From Nostoc sp. (GTDB lineage: Bacteria > Cyanobacteriota > Cyanobacteriia > Cyanobacteriales > Nostocaceae), in contig JBALDB010000005.1 in NCBI GenBank assembly GCA_036918135.1, positions 1 to 64,000 on the forward strand: a stretch of 64,000 bases of DNA, written 5' to 3'. Under the pieces are notes generated by a model. It was not told the origin of the DNA. It did not search any database and saw only the letters and a list, made by a program, of their open reading frames with translations. The position numbers were made by a program, and so were the translations under genes. Below, piece after piece: positions 31,170-40,610 of this stretch. Each line of letters begins with the position of its first letter. Position 1 is the first letter of the stretch.

Positions 31170-31346
31170 TACCGCCGTGAAGTCAAAACGAGCAAGTGCA
31201 TTGGGGAGACAACGCCGTGGGCGAGTTTCCCGACATGAGGCTGCTTGTTAGAGGGTAGTAACTCGCTCTCAAAAGTCAAAAGTATTATGAAATGGCCTTT
31301 TTAGAGATTTTAAATAGTTGCTCTATTTACGATGCAGTGTACTTAG
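31166..31346. mobile_element. Family B MITE-like element with a nested GC-rich repeat
   Basis: Starts CTAGTAC at the ATPase stop codon and ends GTGTACTTAG; AAAAGTC heptamers and a CTATTT motif as in 25625-25720. Confidence 0.55.
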
Positions 31347-31387
31347 TACAGTTTTGCATCAAAGCATAGCGTTTGTTAATCCAAGGG

Positions 31388-31575
31388 GATGTATTGGCAT
31401 TGCAGAGGCACACATTAACAATGCATGGAGATGCATTGGCATTGCAGAGGCACACATTAACAATGCATGGAGATGCATTGGCATTGCAGAGGCACGCATT
31501 AACAATGCATGGGGATGCATTGGCATTGTAGAGGAACGCATTAATAATGCATCGGGATGCATCAGTATTGTAGAG
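31388..31575. repeat. Tandem array of ~4.5 x 42 bp
   Basis: Unit GATGCATTGGCATTGCAGAGGCACACATTAACAATGCATGGA starting at 31388, 31430, 31472, 31514 and 31556 (partial). Confidence 0.92.
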
Positions 31576-32229
31576 TATTGCCAAATTTAATTTGTTAAAC
31601 TGTCGCCCATCTAAATTGCAACAAACATTGTGGGTCAAATCGAAGTTAATGGGAAGTATAGAACTTAAATTTTCAATAAAGGCGATCGCTTCCCTCGCTC
31701 TCCTTGTAATAAAAGTTATGTCTGCGGTGGGCTACGCCTCGCACTCTACAACGAAAACCTCGGCATTAAATACCGAGGTGAGGGGGAAAAGCCTAAATGT
31801 CGATGAGAGATACCGTTACCGTTGTCGAAAAATCTTAACTAACCGCAAAACTAGCCAAAACTAGAGCCGTAACTAACATAGTTGCAATTGCACCTTGTAT
31901 CACGTAGTTAGGTTGTTCCCAAGTTGCAGGGTACTCAGCGCAGTGCACTTGGGGTTCATTTGGGTAATTGTTGAGAATGCGGCTTTTATTAACAGTGTTG
32001 TACATGGTTTTTTATTACTTATTTATTAATTTATGTAAACTAATATAATGGAATTATTACACTGGGTCAACATAAATTGATACAGAAAGGCTAATAGCAT
32101 TAATAAAAGTTGCTTATCTAGAATGCATAAGATAGGCAATAGCTCTCGTGCTGACTTTTACAAGAGAACTAATGTGCTACTAAGTACCGGGGGTTTTGTC
32201 AAAAGTATAAGCCTCAACCCAAACTAGAA

Positions 32230-32892
32230 AAGCGGAGTCACTGGGGTAGCAAGTTGCTTTTAGGGATGAATGTAAAACAGAAGCCAGTGAATAAAAAGAA
32301 TTCATCATCAGAGCAATTAAGCTTACCTTGGAACAACCTGCCGGGTATCAGAAAATCTCGAAGTACAAGAGATTGCAGAAAAGTTTACTTGTGCCAATTG
32401 CTTCAAACGTTGAAAATTTGTTATCTTTATTTTGGTTGCTTTCCCCCGTCCATTGCGTCCGTTCCGAACGCCCGCAGCAAGGACTCCTACTCCATATTTC
32501 ATTACCAGCTGTGAAATATAATCTAAATTCAAGGACGGAAAAAGGGAAAGGAACCGCATAGCTGCTTCGGTGTTCGTTCATTCAACCATACTTCAGGGCT
32601 AGCCTTGAAGAAGCACAGGATAACTGTATTTTTACAGATGTCCACAGCTTGTCATGAATTGCTGCTGCAATCTGTGATTTTAGTTGTATGCACGAATACC
32701 CGGTCAAATAAAGCAGCATAAAATTAAGCTTTTAGCTACCGGAATTGTTGCAACCGCTCTCTTCAAGGCAGCCTCCTAGATTGACCCAAGGAGGTGTAAA
32801 AAATGCAGCGTTCTGCCAAGTTTGTAACCAATAGCAATAAAACCGCATTCAATGTGGATGCCCCAGGCTGTCTATGTCTGGGGCTTTGTTTT
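32230..32892 (+). ncRNA. Candidate large structured non-coding RNA or leader
   Basis: Multiple nested stems (32434-32451/32533-32555; 32494-32501/32512-32519; 32602-32611/32760-32769) ending in a terminator; boundaries approximate. Confidence 0.45.
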
Positions 32893-32979
32893 AGGTACTT
32901 AGCAAAAAATGCCCAAAAAATACAGCTGAGTACTACTTACATAGAAAAAGCCTGGTGTTTCTTCCAGGCGTCAAAATAA
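32803..32979 (+). CDS. Candidate small ORF (58 aa, MQRSAKFVTNSNK...) with a strong but sequestered SD
   Basis: AAGGAGG 8 nt before ATG; the ORF runs through a terminator hairpin, so coding status is doubtful. Confidence 0.3.
   Translation: MQRSAKFVTNSNKTAFNVDAPGCLCLGLCFRYLAKNAQKIQLSTTYIEKAWCFFQASK
32860..32892 (+). terminator. Intrinsic terminator
   Basis: GCCCCAGGC-TGTCTAT-GTCTGGGGC-TTTGTTTT. Confidence 0.7.
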
Positions 32980-32999
32980 TCCACTTCAATTTTAATTCC

Positions 33000-33170
33000 A
33001 TGAGCATACAGAAAGATAAATCTCTTAAACCGCCCAAAAACCACAGAGATTCCCTGCTTTGGTGGTTTCGCCAGAAGTGTAGATTCTGGCAGCCAATTGC
33101 AACAGCATTTACAGCAATCTTTTCCTTGCTGTTTACATTGCTAAAGCTTTGGCAATTTTTTCATTCTTAA
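33000..33170 (+). CDS. Small basic protein (56 aa) with a C-terminal hydrophobic helix
   Basis: MSIQKDK...WQPIATAFTAIFSLLFTLLKLWQFFHS; followed by a terminator. Confidence 0.45.
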   Translation: MSIQKDKSLKPPKNHRDSLLWWFRQKCRFWQPIATAFTAIFSLLFTLLKLWQFFHS

Positions 33171-33197
33171 TTGTGCTTCGGTAACATAATTAAGCTT

Positions 33198-33224
33198 CAA
33201 AGGTGGGTATTACCCACCTTTTTT
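33198..33224 (+). terminator. Intrinsic terminator
   Basis: Palindrome AAAGGTGGGTATTACCCACCTTT followed by further Ts. Confidence 0.75.
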
Positions 33225-33442
33225 GTGCAGAACGCACAGTCAAAGCTTAGAAGTACATTCATCCAATACATGAATGTTGCTCTTATATCAATACTGTTAA
33301 AATTTTCAATCCCAAATTTAAAATTCATTCACAAAGCTACTTTAGCCTGACCACAAAGTAGCACACATAAAGCCTTGTCAGTGTCACGTTTACGCTATTG
33401 TATTATATAAACCACAAGCATATACTACAAGTGGACATAAAC

Positions 33443-34360
33443 ATGATGAAACATAAATTTTGGGCAAGTTATCTGCTTGCTGCTTTAGCATTTCTGCCCT
33501 CTGCACCTCTGGGCATGACTCAAGTATTAGCAACAGAGTCAGTTTACCAAATGGCACAAGCTAAATCTGCTTATACTCAAAATATGGTGCTTGGTTATAC
33601 TGAAACCAAACGAAGAAATTATCGAAAAGCTTTAGGATATTTTCAGCAAGCAGAGCGCTTACGTCCTGGAGATAAATATGCTACTACTGCAATTAGAAAT
33701 GTTACAAGTTACATTCAACGTGGTAGAAATCGTATTGCTTTCGTTCCTGGTATACCTGGTAGAGTCAGGTCAGCAGGAACACGGGGAGGTTGCTTTAAAA
33801 CTGGAGAATCTTTGATTCCTTTAGTACCAACAAATAAGGAAGCTCAACAAACCACAGCAGAACATCCGACATTCTATTTCTACATTCCTCAAACTTCTAC
33901 AAAAGTAGAAGCATTAGAATTTGTTTTGCAGGATGATGATAGCAGTGACCCTTTATACAAAGGAACTTTTAAACAGATTGCACAGAATGGGATTGTTAAC
34001 GTAACTGTACCTGCCGATAAATCATCTCTACAAATCGGCAAAAAATATAGTTGGACTTTTTCAATGATTTGCGATGTTGGCAACCCAGATAAAAACTCAT
34101 ATATAGAAGGTACAATAGTGCGATCGCAGGACGAAAATCTATCCCTTGAACTCAAACAACCAAATACAGATTTAGATCGTGCAGTTTTGTATGCCACAGC
34201 TGGATTTTGGGAAGACGCTCTAAGAACTTTAGCGAATTTACGCCGCCAACGTCCTAACGATCCTGAAGTGCAGAAATATTGGGAAGATTTATTAAATTCT
34301 GTAGACATTAAAGAAGTTATAAACAAGCCTCTATTGCCCTGTTGTACTGCCCAGAACTAA
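33443..34360 (+). CDS. DUF928-domain secreted protein with a TPR-like helix pair
   Basis: Signal peptide; AGTRGGC...TTAEHPTFYFYIP...YSWTFSMIC...GFWEDAL...WEDLLNSV. Confidence 0.85.
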   Translation: MMKHKFWASYLLAALAFLPSAPLGMTQVLATESVYQMAQAKSAYTQNMVLGYTETKRRNYRKALGYFQQAERLRPGDKYATTAIRNVTSYIQRGRNRIAFVPGIPGRVRSAGTRGGCFKTGESLIPLVPTNKEAQQTTAEHPTFYFYIPQTSTKVEALEFVLQDDDSSDPLYKGTFKQIAQNGIVNVTVPADKSSLQIGKKYSWTFSMICDVGNPDKNSYIEGTIVRSQDENLSLELKQPNTDLDRAVLYATAGFWEDALRTLANLRRQRPNDPEVQKYWEDLLNSVDIKEVINKPLLPCCTAQN

Positions 34361-34374
34361 ATTAACAATTACTT

Positions 34375-34409
34375 AAAAACCCGGTTTTGATATCAAAGCC
34401 GGGTTTTTT
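34375..34409. terminator. Bidirectional intrinsic terminator
   Basis: AAAAACCCGGTTTTG-ATAT-CAAAGCCGGGTTTTTT. Confidence 0.75.
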
Positions 34410-34543
34410 ACTTCAAATTTACACTAATAAACTCATATCATGTCCGGCAAATTACTTATGATATGTCATTGCGAGTGCAACTGCGATCGCATCCTTATTT
34501 AGAAACGTGAATCGCCTTCGATTAAATCAAGCCAAATCCAAAT

Positions 34544-35152
34544 TTAAGTTGATTGTGACTTAATCATCCACACCAAAATACCTAATATTTGCTCCACTGG
34601 GGGAATTAAATATTCGGTTAAATCAATAGTTACAGTGTTGTCTTCCAACTTAAGGAATGTCCACAGATTGCCACTACTAACACTACCGTAAATAGTGGTA
34701 ATAGTTTTTTCGTTTTTGCTATTAAACCTTTGAGCAGCTATCATTTCTGCAATACACTGCCCTAAACCACTTTTAAGATTTTCCTTTTTGGCTTCTACAA
34801 TCACCACTGCTGGGGCTTCAATAAATAACTGTTCTGGCGAAAGGCTAATCAGAAAGTCGCAATATCCACTGAGTCCAACTTCTGGTTCAACGTTAAATTC
34901 TTCTCCCGAAAAAAAGCTGATTTGTCTGTCGAGAATTTTTCGGACTTCAAACAAAATTGGGCTAATAATCAATTCCGATCTAGCTTTTTCAGAACCCATT
35001 GCAATTGCTAACTGAATACTTTCTCCTAAAAATTCAGCCAACAAAGGACTAGGTGAAATTGGTTCTATAGGCGGCAAAAATCGTCCGCCTTCCACAAGGG
35101 TAAGGTTAAAGTCTTGTTTTACTTTTCTTAGAGAAAACTCTCTATAAGACAT
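34544..35152 (-). CDS. Conserved cyanobacterial hypothetical protein, probable PD-(D/E)xK-like fold
   Basis: SEKARSELIISPIL...GYCDFLIS...VEAKK...GQCIAEMIAAQ...GNLWTFLKL. Confidence 0.8.
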   Translation of the reverse strand: MSYREFSLRKVKQDFNLTLVEGGRFLPPIEPISPSPLLAEFLGESIQLAIAMGSEKARSELIISPILFEVRKILDRQISFFSGEEFNVEPEVGLSGYCDFLISLSPEQLFIEAPAVVIVEAKKENLKSGLGQCIAEMIAAQRFNSKNEKTITTIYGSVSSGNLWTFLKLEDNTVTIDLTEYLIPPVEQILGILVWMIKSQST

Positions 35153-35206
35153 CAACTGTCTCCCATTAAAATCCCCTCTCGGTTTGGAGAGGGGTTTAGG
35201 GTAAAG

Positions 35207-36937
35207 TTACGCCGGATAAATCCTGAGTCGGCGATTTGGTTCTTCGCCAAAACTGTGGGACTTGAGTCGATAGTGTTCTACCAACTCATGTTGCATTTTG
35301 CGGACTTGGGGAGAACGAGGTAATAACTCTACTGGCTGTCCTTTGGGAATTACAATTTGCTCTACGGCAAGTCTGGCTTCTTCCAAGGCGTCCATTTCGT
35401 CATCGCTACCACTGTGCAAAAACAGTTGCAGTTCTCGGTCGTCGGCCATGTCCGGGTCGTCGATGTTCAGCAACCGCCGCAAGCCACGGGTAATTTGAGG
35501 AATGGTGCTGGACTTAATCATGTGGATCGGCACATGACGAGCTTTGGCTATTTGGCGTAATTTTGCGTGATTTTTGACATGCGATCGTAGTGCTAAAATT
35601 GCATCAGCACTATCTATGTCTTTTGTCAATACCACGGGTAAAGTTAGCACGCTGATTACCTGTTCGAGTTGGTGGCGGCTAACACCATAGGGGTAAACGT
35701 GCAGTGGCAAATCTTCACCATTTGGCCCCGCCTGTCTAATACCATCCAAATCAACGCTCTCAGAATAATTGAAGGATTCGTCGAGCAAGCGGTCAAACTC
35801 ACTGCGCCCAGTTACCCGTTCTACAGGCAATGGCGGCAGTGCTACCATTTGTCCAGATGAACGCCAGCCTGCGGACTGTCGCGCTGAAGAGAAAGATTCC
35901 TCCCCTGTCGCCTGGTGTCCACCGCGACCGTTAACCACAGCTAACTGCCGTGTAATAGCAACTTTGCCTTGGTCATCAACGGTTCTCGTTTGTGGGCTAG
36001 GCTGACGACCGCGCAACAGATTATCTACTGTGTCAGCAACGCTTTCGTGTATTACCCAACGCTGCCGTTCCAGCATTTCCACAGCAATCTCGAAGGTGGG
36101 AGGGGCTTTGCGTTCCAAAACAGTCTTTTGACTCCCTCGGCGTCTAGCTTCGTCGTCTCCCAAAGTCACAGCTTGGATACCCCCAACTAAATCAGCCAGG
36201 GTGGGGTTTTTAATCAAGTTTTCAATCTGATTACCGTGGGCAGTACCTACCAACTGTACGCCCCGTTCAGCAATGGTACGAGCTGCTAAAGCTTCCAGTT
36301 CTGTGCCAATTTCATCAATGACGATAACTTCTGGCATATGGTTTTCCACTGCTTCAATCATCACTTGATGTTGTTGATTTGGATGAGCCACTTGCATCCG
36401 CCGAGCGCGACCAATGGCGGGATGAGCAATATCACCATCCCCAGCGATTTCATTGGATGTGTCAATAATTACGACTCGTTTGAGCAGGTCATCCGCCAAA
36501 ACACGGGCAATTTCCCGTAAGGCAGTAGTTTTGCCCACACCTGGACGCCCCAGCATGAGAATCGATTTACCAGTTTCTACCAAATCGCGGATCATGCCGA
36601 TGGTTCCAAACACCGCCCGACCGACGCGACACGTCAAGCCAATAATCTTGCCAGTGCGGTTGCGAATGGCACTGATCCGATGTAAAGTTTGCTCAATTCC
36701 TGCCCGATTATCTCCGCCAAAGGTTCCAACTCGTTGAATACAATCATCTATCTGTTCTTGAGTAACGGGTGTTTCGCTCAGATACTCGGCTTGATTAGGA
36801 AAGCGAGCCTCTGGGCGACGACCCAAATCCAAGACCACTTCAACTAAACTATCTCGTTTGGGATGGCTCTCTAGTACTTGTCGCAGGTCTTGGGGCAAAA
36901 TGTCTAATAACTTTTGGAGATCGTCTGTAATCGTCAT
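35207..36937 (-). CDS. Ycf45/SpoIIIAA-like AAA ATPase with C-terminal R3H domain
   Basis: GRPGVGKTT, VIVIDEIG, GTAHG; R3H motif RKMQHELVE...EEPNRRL. Confidence 0.9.
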   Translation of the reverse strand: MTITDDLQKLLDILPQDLRQVLESHPKRDSLVEVVLDLGRRPEARFPNQAEYLSETPVTQEQIDDCIQRVGTFGGDNRAGIEQTLHRISAIRNRTGKIIGLTCRVGRAVFGTIGMIRDLVETGKSILMLGRPGVGKTTALREIARVLADDLLKRVVIIDTSNEIAGDGDIAHPAIGRARRMQVAHPNQQHQVMIEAVENHMPEVIVIDEIGTELEALAARTIAERGVQLVGTAHGNQIENLIKNPTLADLVGGIQAVTLGDDEARRRGSQKTVLERKAPPTFEIAVEMLERQRWVIHESVADTVDNLLRGRQPSPQTRTVDDQGKVAITRQLAVVNGRGGHQATGEESFSSARQSAGWRSSGQMVALPPLPVERVTGRSEFDRLLDESFNYSESVDLDGIRQAGPNGEDLPLHVYPYGVSRHQLEQVISVLTLPVVLTKDIDSADAILALRSHVKNHAKLRQIAKARHVPIHMIKSSTIPQITRGLRRLLNIDDPDMADDRELQLFLHSGSDDEMDALEEARLAVEQIVIPKGQPVELLPRSPQVRKMQHELVEHYRLKSHSFGEEPNRRLRIYPA

Positions 36938-37031
36938 GCTTTCTATGTGACGTTTTGAGAGATAGTGAGGACATTTACGTGCAGGAGTTGCGTTAGTAAA
37001 TAATTGTCCAGAACGAGGGTTAATACTCCTG

Positions 37032-38177
37032 CTATGACTTGATCTGGGAAACGAGAGAATGGGCTAGCTCTACAGCTTGCCAAAGTAATATTTCATCTTC
37101 TTCTAGATAAACTGTTGTTTTAATATTGGTGTTACTTACCTCCTTATTCTCTAACTGTTCGAGAATCGATGACAGCAGGACACGAGCGTAGCTACCGTAG
37201 GCAACCCCAGCAAAGGATGGGGAGCAGGGAGCTCTTAGCGCGGGGAAAATTTCTTCTCCTGTGCCCCCCGCCCCCTGTCTCCCTGCCTCTTTGAGTAGTC
37301 CCATTGCCTTTAACTTGGGAACAGTGTAGCTGTTAGTGCCGCCTGCTAACTGCACATATCCGGGTAACTTAGCTGCCAAAACTTTTTGACCTAATTTCAC
37401 TGCGGCTATTGTGGTACCATCGCCAATATCACCGCTCATGGGGCGACCGTCGGTTTGCCAAATTAAAGCACTCTTGAGTGGGGTAATCAGGTCATATAGC
37501 GCTTTGAGGTAGTCAGTCATTCCCTCGCCATCGGGACAACTGATGGCTACTACCTTTAATCGATCCACCCACGGTGAAATTACTTGCCACAATCGCTCAA
37601 ATTCTGCCAACCGCCCAACTTTTGTATGGATTTCTACGGCATCTACTTCCGTTGACATTACCAATTGCGCGATCGCTCCGGGCGTTGAGATATACGAACT
37701 TGTATAAATTATATCATATGGACAAACTGGTATACAACGACCGCAGCCATAGCATTTTTGGGATATTACTCCTGAAAAGTTTTCTTTTATACTGTTAAAC
37801 ACGATTGCTTGTGCCGGACAAATCCTTTGACAGGGTCTAGGGCAGTCTGTAGGGCACTGAGTAGAATTAAATTCTGCTTTCCGAAAATGGGGGTCTTCTC
37901 CATCGTTGAGGCTGACCATTAAAAAGGGTGAGTTGCCTTTGTAGCCAAAGCCACGCTCTTGGGCATCCTTAGCCAATTTCTTGGCTACTTGTAGCGCTGC
38001 TTGCACTGCTGCAATCACCGCTGGGTCAGCTGCGACATCTATGCAGTCAGCGCCCGCCAAAGTGTAGGCTAACGTTAAACTTCTGACTGCCGGCAGATGC
38101 TGGAAACTGGCTCCGCAAATGAGCTTGAACCAGTGACCTTGTTTGAGAGATTCTAAAGGGGGGAACAGATCAGTCAC
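37032..38177 (-). CDS. ldpA: Circadian input Fe-S protein LdpA
   Basis: WFKLICGASF, DGEDPHFRKA, two 4Fe-4S motifs (CPTDCPRPCQRICP, CYGCGRCIPVCP), QTDGRPMSGDIG. Confidence 0.92.
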   Translation of the reverse strand: MTDLFPPLESLKQGHWFKLICGASFQHLPAVRSLTLAYTLAGADCIDVAADPAVIAAVQAALQVAKKLAKDAQERGFGYKGNSPFLMVSLNDGEDPHFRKAEFNSTQCPTDCPRPCQRICPAQAIVFNSIKENFSGVISQKCYGCGRCIPVCPYDIIYTSSYISTPGAIAQLVMSTEVDAVEIHTKVGRLAEFERLWQVISPWVDRLKVVAISCPDGEGMTDYLKALYDLITPLKSALIWQTDGRPMSGDIGDGTTIAAVKLGQKVLAAKLPGYVQLAGGTNSYTVPKLKAMGLLKEAGRQGAGGTGEEIFPALRAPCSPSFAGVAYGSYARVLLSSILEQLENKEVSNTNIKTTVYLEEDEILLWQAVELAHSLVSQIKS

Positions 38178-38356
38178 ATTTCTATTATGCGTTTATGCGA
38201 CTAAAAATAGTAGTGTGTAATTAATAAAAAGTCCGGATTTCCTGATTCAGGGCATTAAGAGTATTGAGTGTTTAGTGTTGAGTGTTGAGTAAAGCCAAAG
38301 GCAAAGCGTCTTTGGTTAAGAATTATTCTCCCCCTGCTCCTCACTCTCCACTCCTT

Positions 38357-38640
38357 ATGTTTCATTCAACAACCGTATTCTTTGTGGAAGACTCTGCCGA
38401 AGATAGAGCTTTATATCGACGCTTGGTGGAGTAGGACGATCGCTACACCTATGAGATTTGCTACCTTTGAGTCTGGGAAGGAAGCGCTGCAAGCTTGCCA
38501 AGGAAAAATTCTGGATGTGATTTTGTTGGATTATCGATTGCCAAATTTAAACGGGCTGGAATTTATTACTGAGCTGGAGAAGCAAATTCATAGTAGCAAA
38601 TCTCAGTAATTATATTTAATTACGGAGAAGAGAATGTTAG
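38357..38640 (+). pseudogene. Degraded response-regulator receiver domain
   Basis: MFHSTTVFFVEDSAEDRALYRRLVE then TAG (38432-38434); frameshift into FESGKEAL..DVILLDYRLPNLNGLEF. Confidence 0.75.
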
Positions 38641-38671
38641 TAAGTCAACATTGAAAAAGGTTAAATAGAAT

Positions 38672-38780
38672 CTTTGCGATTACTTCTCTACGAGACGCTC
38701 TGCGTAGCTTGCTTCCACGTTCGCGTAGCGTCCCGCAGGGAAGTGGTACGCTTAACTCCGTTTTGCTGGTAATGACATTT
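38672..38780. repeat. Nested small dispersed repeats
   Basis: CTTCTCTACGAGACGCT... resembles the segments at ~4526-4550 and ~62161-62184. Confidence 0.55.
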
Positions 38781-38871
38781 TACATTTAATTAAGTTGAGC
38801 TAATTATCAATCGTCCCTTATGAGAAACACATTAATGGACGATTTCACTTGAATTGTGGATTCTTCTTCAA

Positions 38872-40350
38872 TTAAGGCTCAAATTGTTTTATAGGAATTT
38901 CAATCGCAAATTCTGCTCCTTGTCCAGCAGATGAAGTGCAAGTAATCTCTCCTCGGTGTTTTTGGACAATAATTTGATAGCTAATAGACAATCCTAATCC
39001 ACTACCTTTGCCCACAGGTTTTGTGGTAAAAAATGGGTCAAATAAACGCGATCGCAATGATTCTTCTATACCACAACCATTATCGGCGATCGCTATTTTG
39101 ACCGTATGAGAGTTTGTCATTTGTGTGTAAATCCGAATTTCGGGAGTAGGGAGTAAGCCATTGGGTATAGAGTATGGGGGAGCCAGTCGCATGGGCGGGT
39201 CTGGTGACTTGTGCGAACTGGCGTCATGCGGCATTGGACTGGGAGTTCTTAGCAGGGAAGAAAATTCCTCTTTTGTGCTTTCTTCCCCCCTACCTAATTC
39301 CTCATCTCCCGATTCCCCATTACCCCTTATCTCCAGAGGCATCTTTGAGTTTCCCACTCCCTTTTCTAAAGCATCAATGGCATTATTCAATAGATGTATA
39401 AATACTTGATTTAGTTCGCTTGCATAACAGTTAACTGGAGGTAAGTTGCCATAATCTTTAACTACAACAATTGCAGGACGGTCTGCTGTTTCCTTGAGTC
39501 GATGCTGTAACATCACTAAAGTGTTTTCGATGCCTTCATGGATATTTACTCCCTTTATCTGGGATTCATCGTGTCGAGAGAAGTTTTGTAATGCTAGTAC
39601 TATTTCCCGAATACGATTAGAACCTCTATTCATTGCGCCTATCAGCTTTTGCAAATCATTAATTACAAAATTCAGGTCTATATCTTGAGCTATTTGCTGA
39701 ACTTTTGGCGTTGGTTTAGGATATTCTTGTTGATAAACCTGAATAATATCTACTAGGTCTTGTACATATTGACCAGCATATTGAAGATTTCCATAAATAA
39801 AACTGATCGGATTATTTATTTCATGAGCAATTCCAGCTACTAACTGCCCCAAAGCTACCATTTTTTCATTTTGAATTTGTTGAACTTGGACAGATCTCAA
39901 GTTGTCAAGAGCCTCTTGAAGTAAAAAGTTTTTTTCTTGCAGTTTAACTTGTAGCAAACGTAAATTAATCTGATTTTCAATTCGCAACACAACCTCTGCT
40001 CCATGAAAAGGTTTGGCAATATAATCTACGCCACCAACATCAAAAGCCTTTGCTTTATCTACAACATCATCAAGGGCACTAATAAAAATTACTGGAATTT
40101 CACAAGTTTTATCGTCAGCTTTGAGTTGTTGACAAACTTGATAGCCATCCATACCAGGCATATTAATATCAAGTAAAATCACATCTGGCAAAACCATTTG
40201 ACATGCAGTCAGTGCCATTTTGCCATTTAAGGCTTTGCGAACTTCAAAACCTTGTGCAGTCAACATTGCCGACAAAAGCCGCAGATTATCTGGGGTATCA
40301 TCTACCACCAAAATATTTCTTTTATAATCGTCAGTTTGATTTAAATACAT
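38872..40350 (-). CDS. Hybrid REC-HisKA-HATPase sensor kinase
   Basis: ILVVDD..LLDINMP; LGQLVAGIAHEINNP; FDPFFTTKPVGKGSGLGL. Confidence 0.93.
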   Translation of the reverse strand: MYLNQTDDYKRNILVVDDTPDNLRLLSAMLTAQGFEVRKALNGKMALTACQMVLPDVILLDINMPGMDGYQVCQQLKADDKTCEIPVIFISALDDVVDKAKAFDVGGVDYIAKPFHGAEVVLRIENQINLRLLQVKLQEKNFLLQEALDNLRSVQVQQIQNEKMVALGQLVAGIAHEINNPISFIYGNLQYAGQYVQDLVDIIQVYQQEYPKPTPKVQQIAQDIDLNFVINDLQKLIGAMNRGSNRIREIVLALQNFSRHDESQIKGVNIHEGIENTLVMLQHRLKETADRPAIVVVKDYGNLPPVNCYASELNQVFIHLLNNAIDALEKGVGNSKMPLEIRGNGESGDEELGRGEESTKEEFSSLLRTPSPMPHDASSHKSPDPPMRLAPPYSIPNGLLPTPEIRIYTQMTNSHTVKIAIADNGCGIEESLRSRLFDPFFTTKPVGKGSGLGLSISYQIIVQKHRGEITCTSSAGQGAEFAIEIPIKQFEP

Positions 40351-40610
40351 TATAAAAAACTATATTTTTAATATTTTATGATAGTAAATAATGATTTGAA
40401 ATCACCTGTAAAATTTAGCTCAATTTTGCCAAAAAATTTATTTTTATAGTTTAACTTCCATATTGCTTGGAGAGTTTTACAGACTATCAAAGCTATTAGT
40501 TAAGTTATGAGCTTTGCAAAGCTAAAAGCTCGATTAGAGCAGTATAGTAGATAGCAGGCACAGACGAGCTTACCGAGCGTCAAAATCAAGTTTTTGGTGC
40601 TATTTGATAG

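Noticed and set aside
31388..31575. CRISPR array
   Set aside because: Units are contiguous with no unique spacers, and there are no cas genes in the window
32254..32581. Four overlapping 77-86 aa ORFs as protein genes
   Set aside because: No recognisable domains, and the region is better explained by RNA stems; one of them could still be real
32230..32892. Retron msr/msd, DGR template, group II intron or Cas12k tracrRNA
   Set aside because: No reverse transcriptase or Cas/Tns genes in the window, and no domain V or tracr motifs recognised
38232..38237. DIF1 (TCCGGA) heterocyst promoter near ldpA
   Set aside because: A lone hexamer with no convincing -10 element is expected by chance
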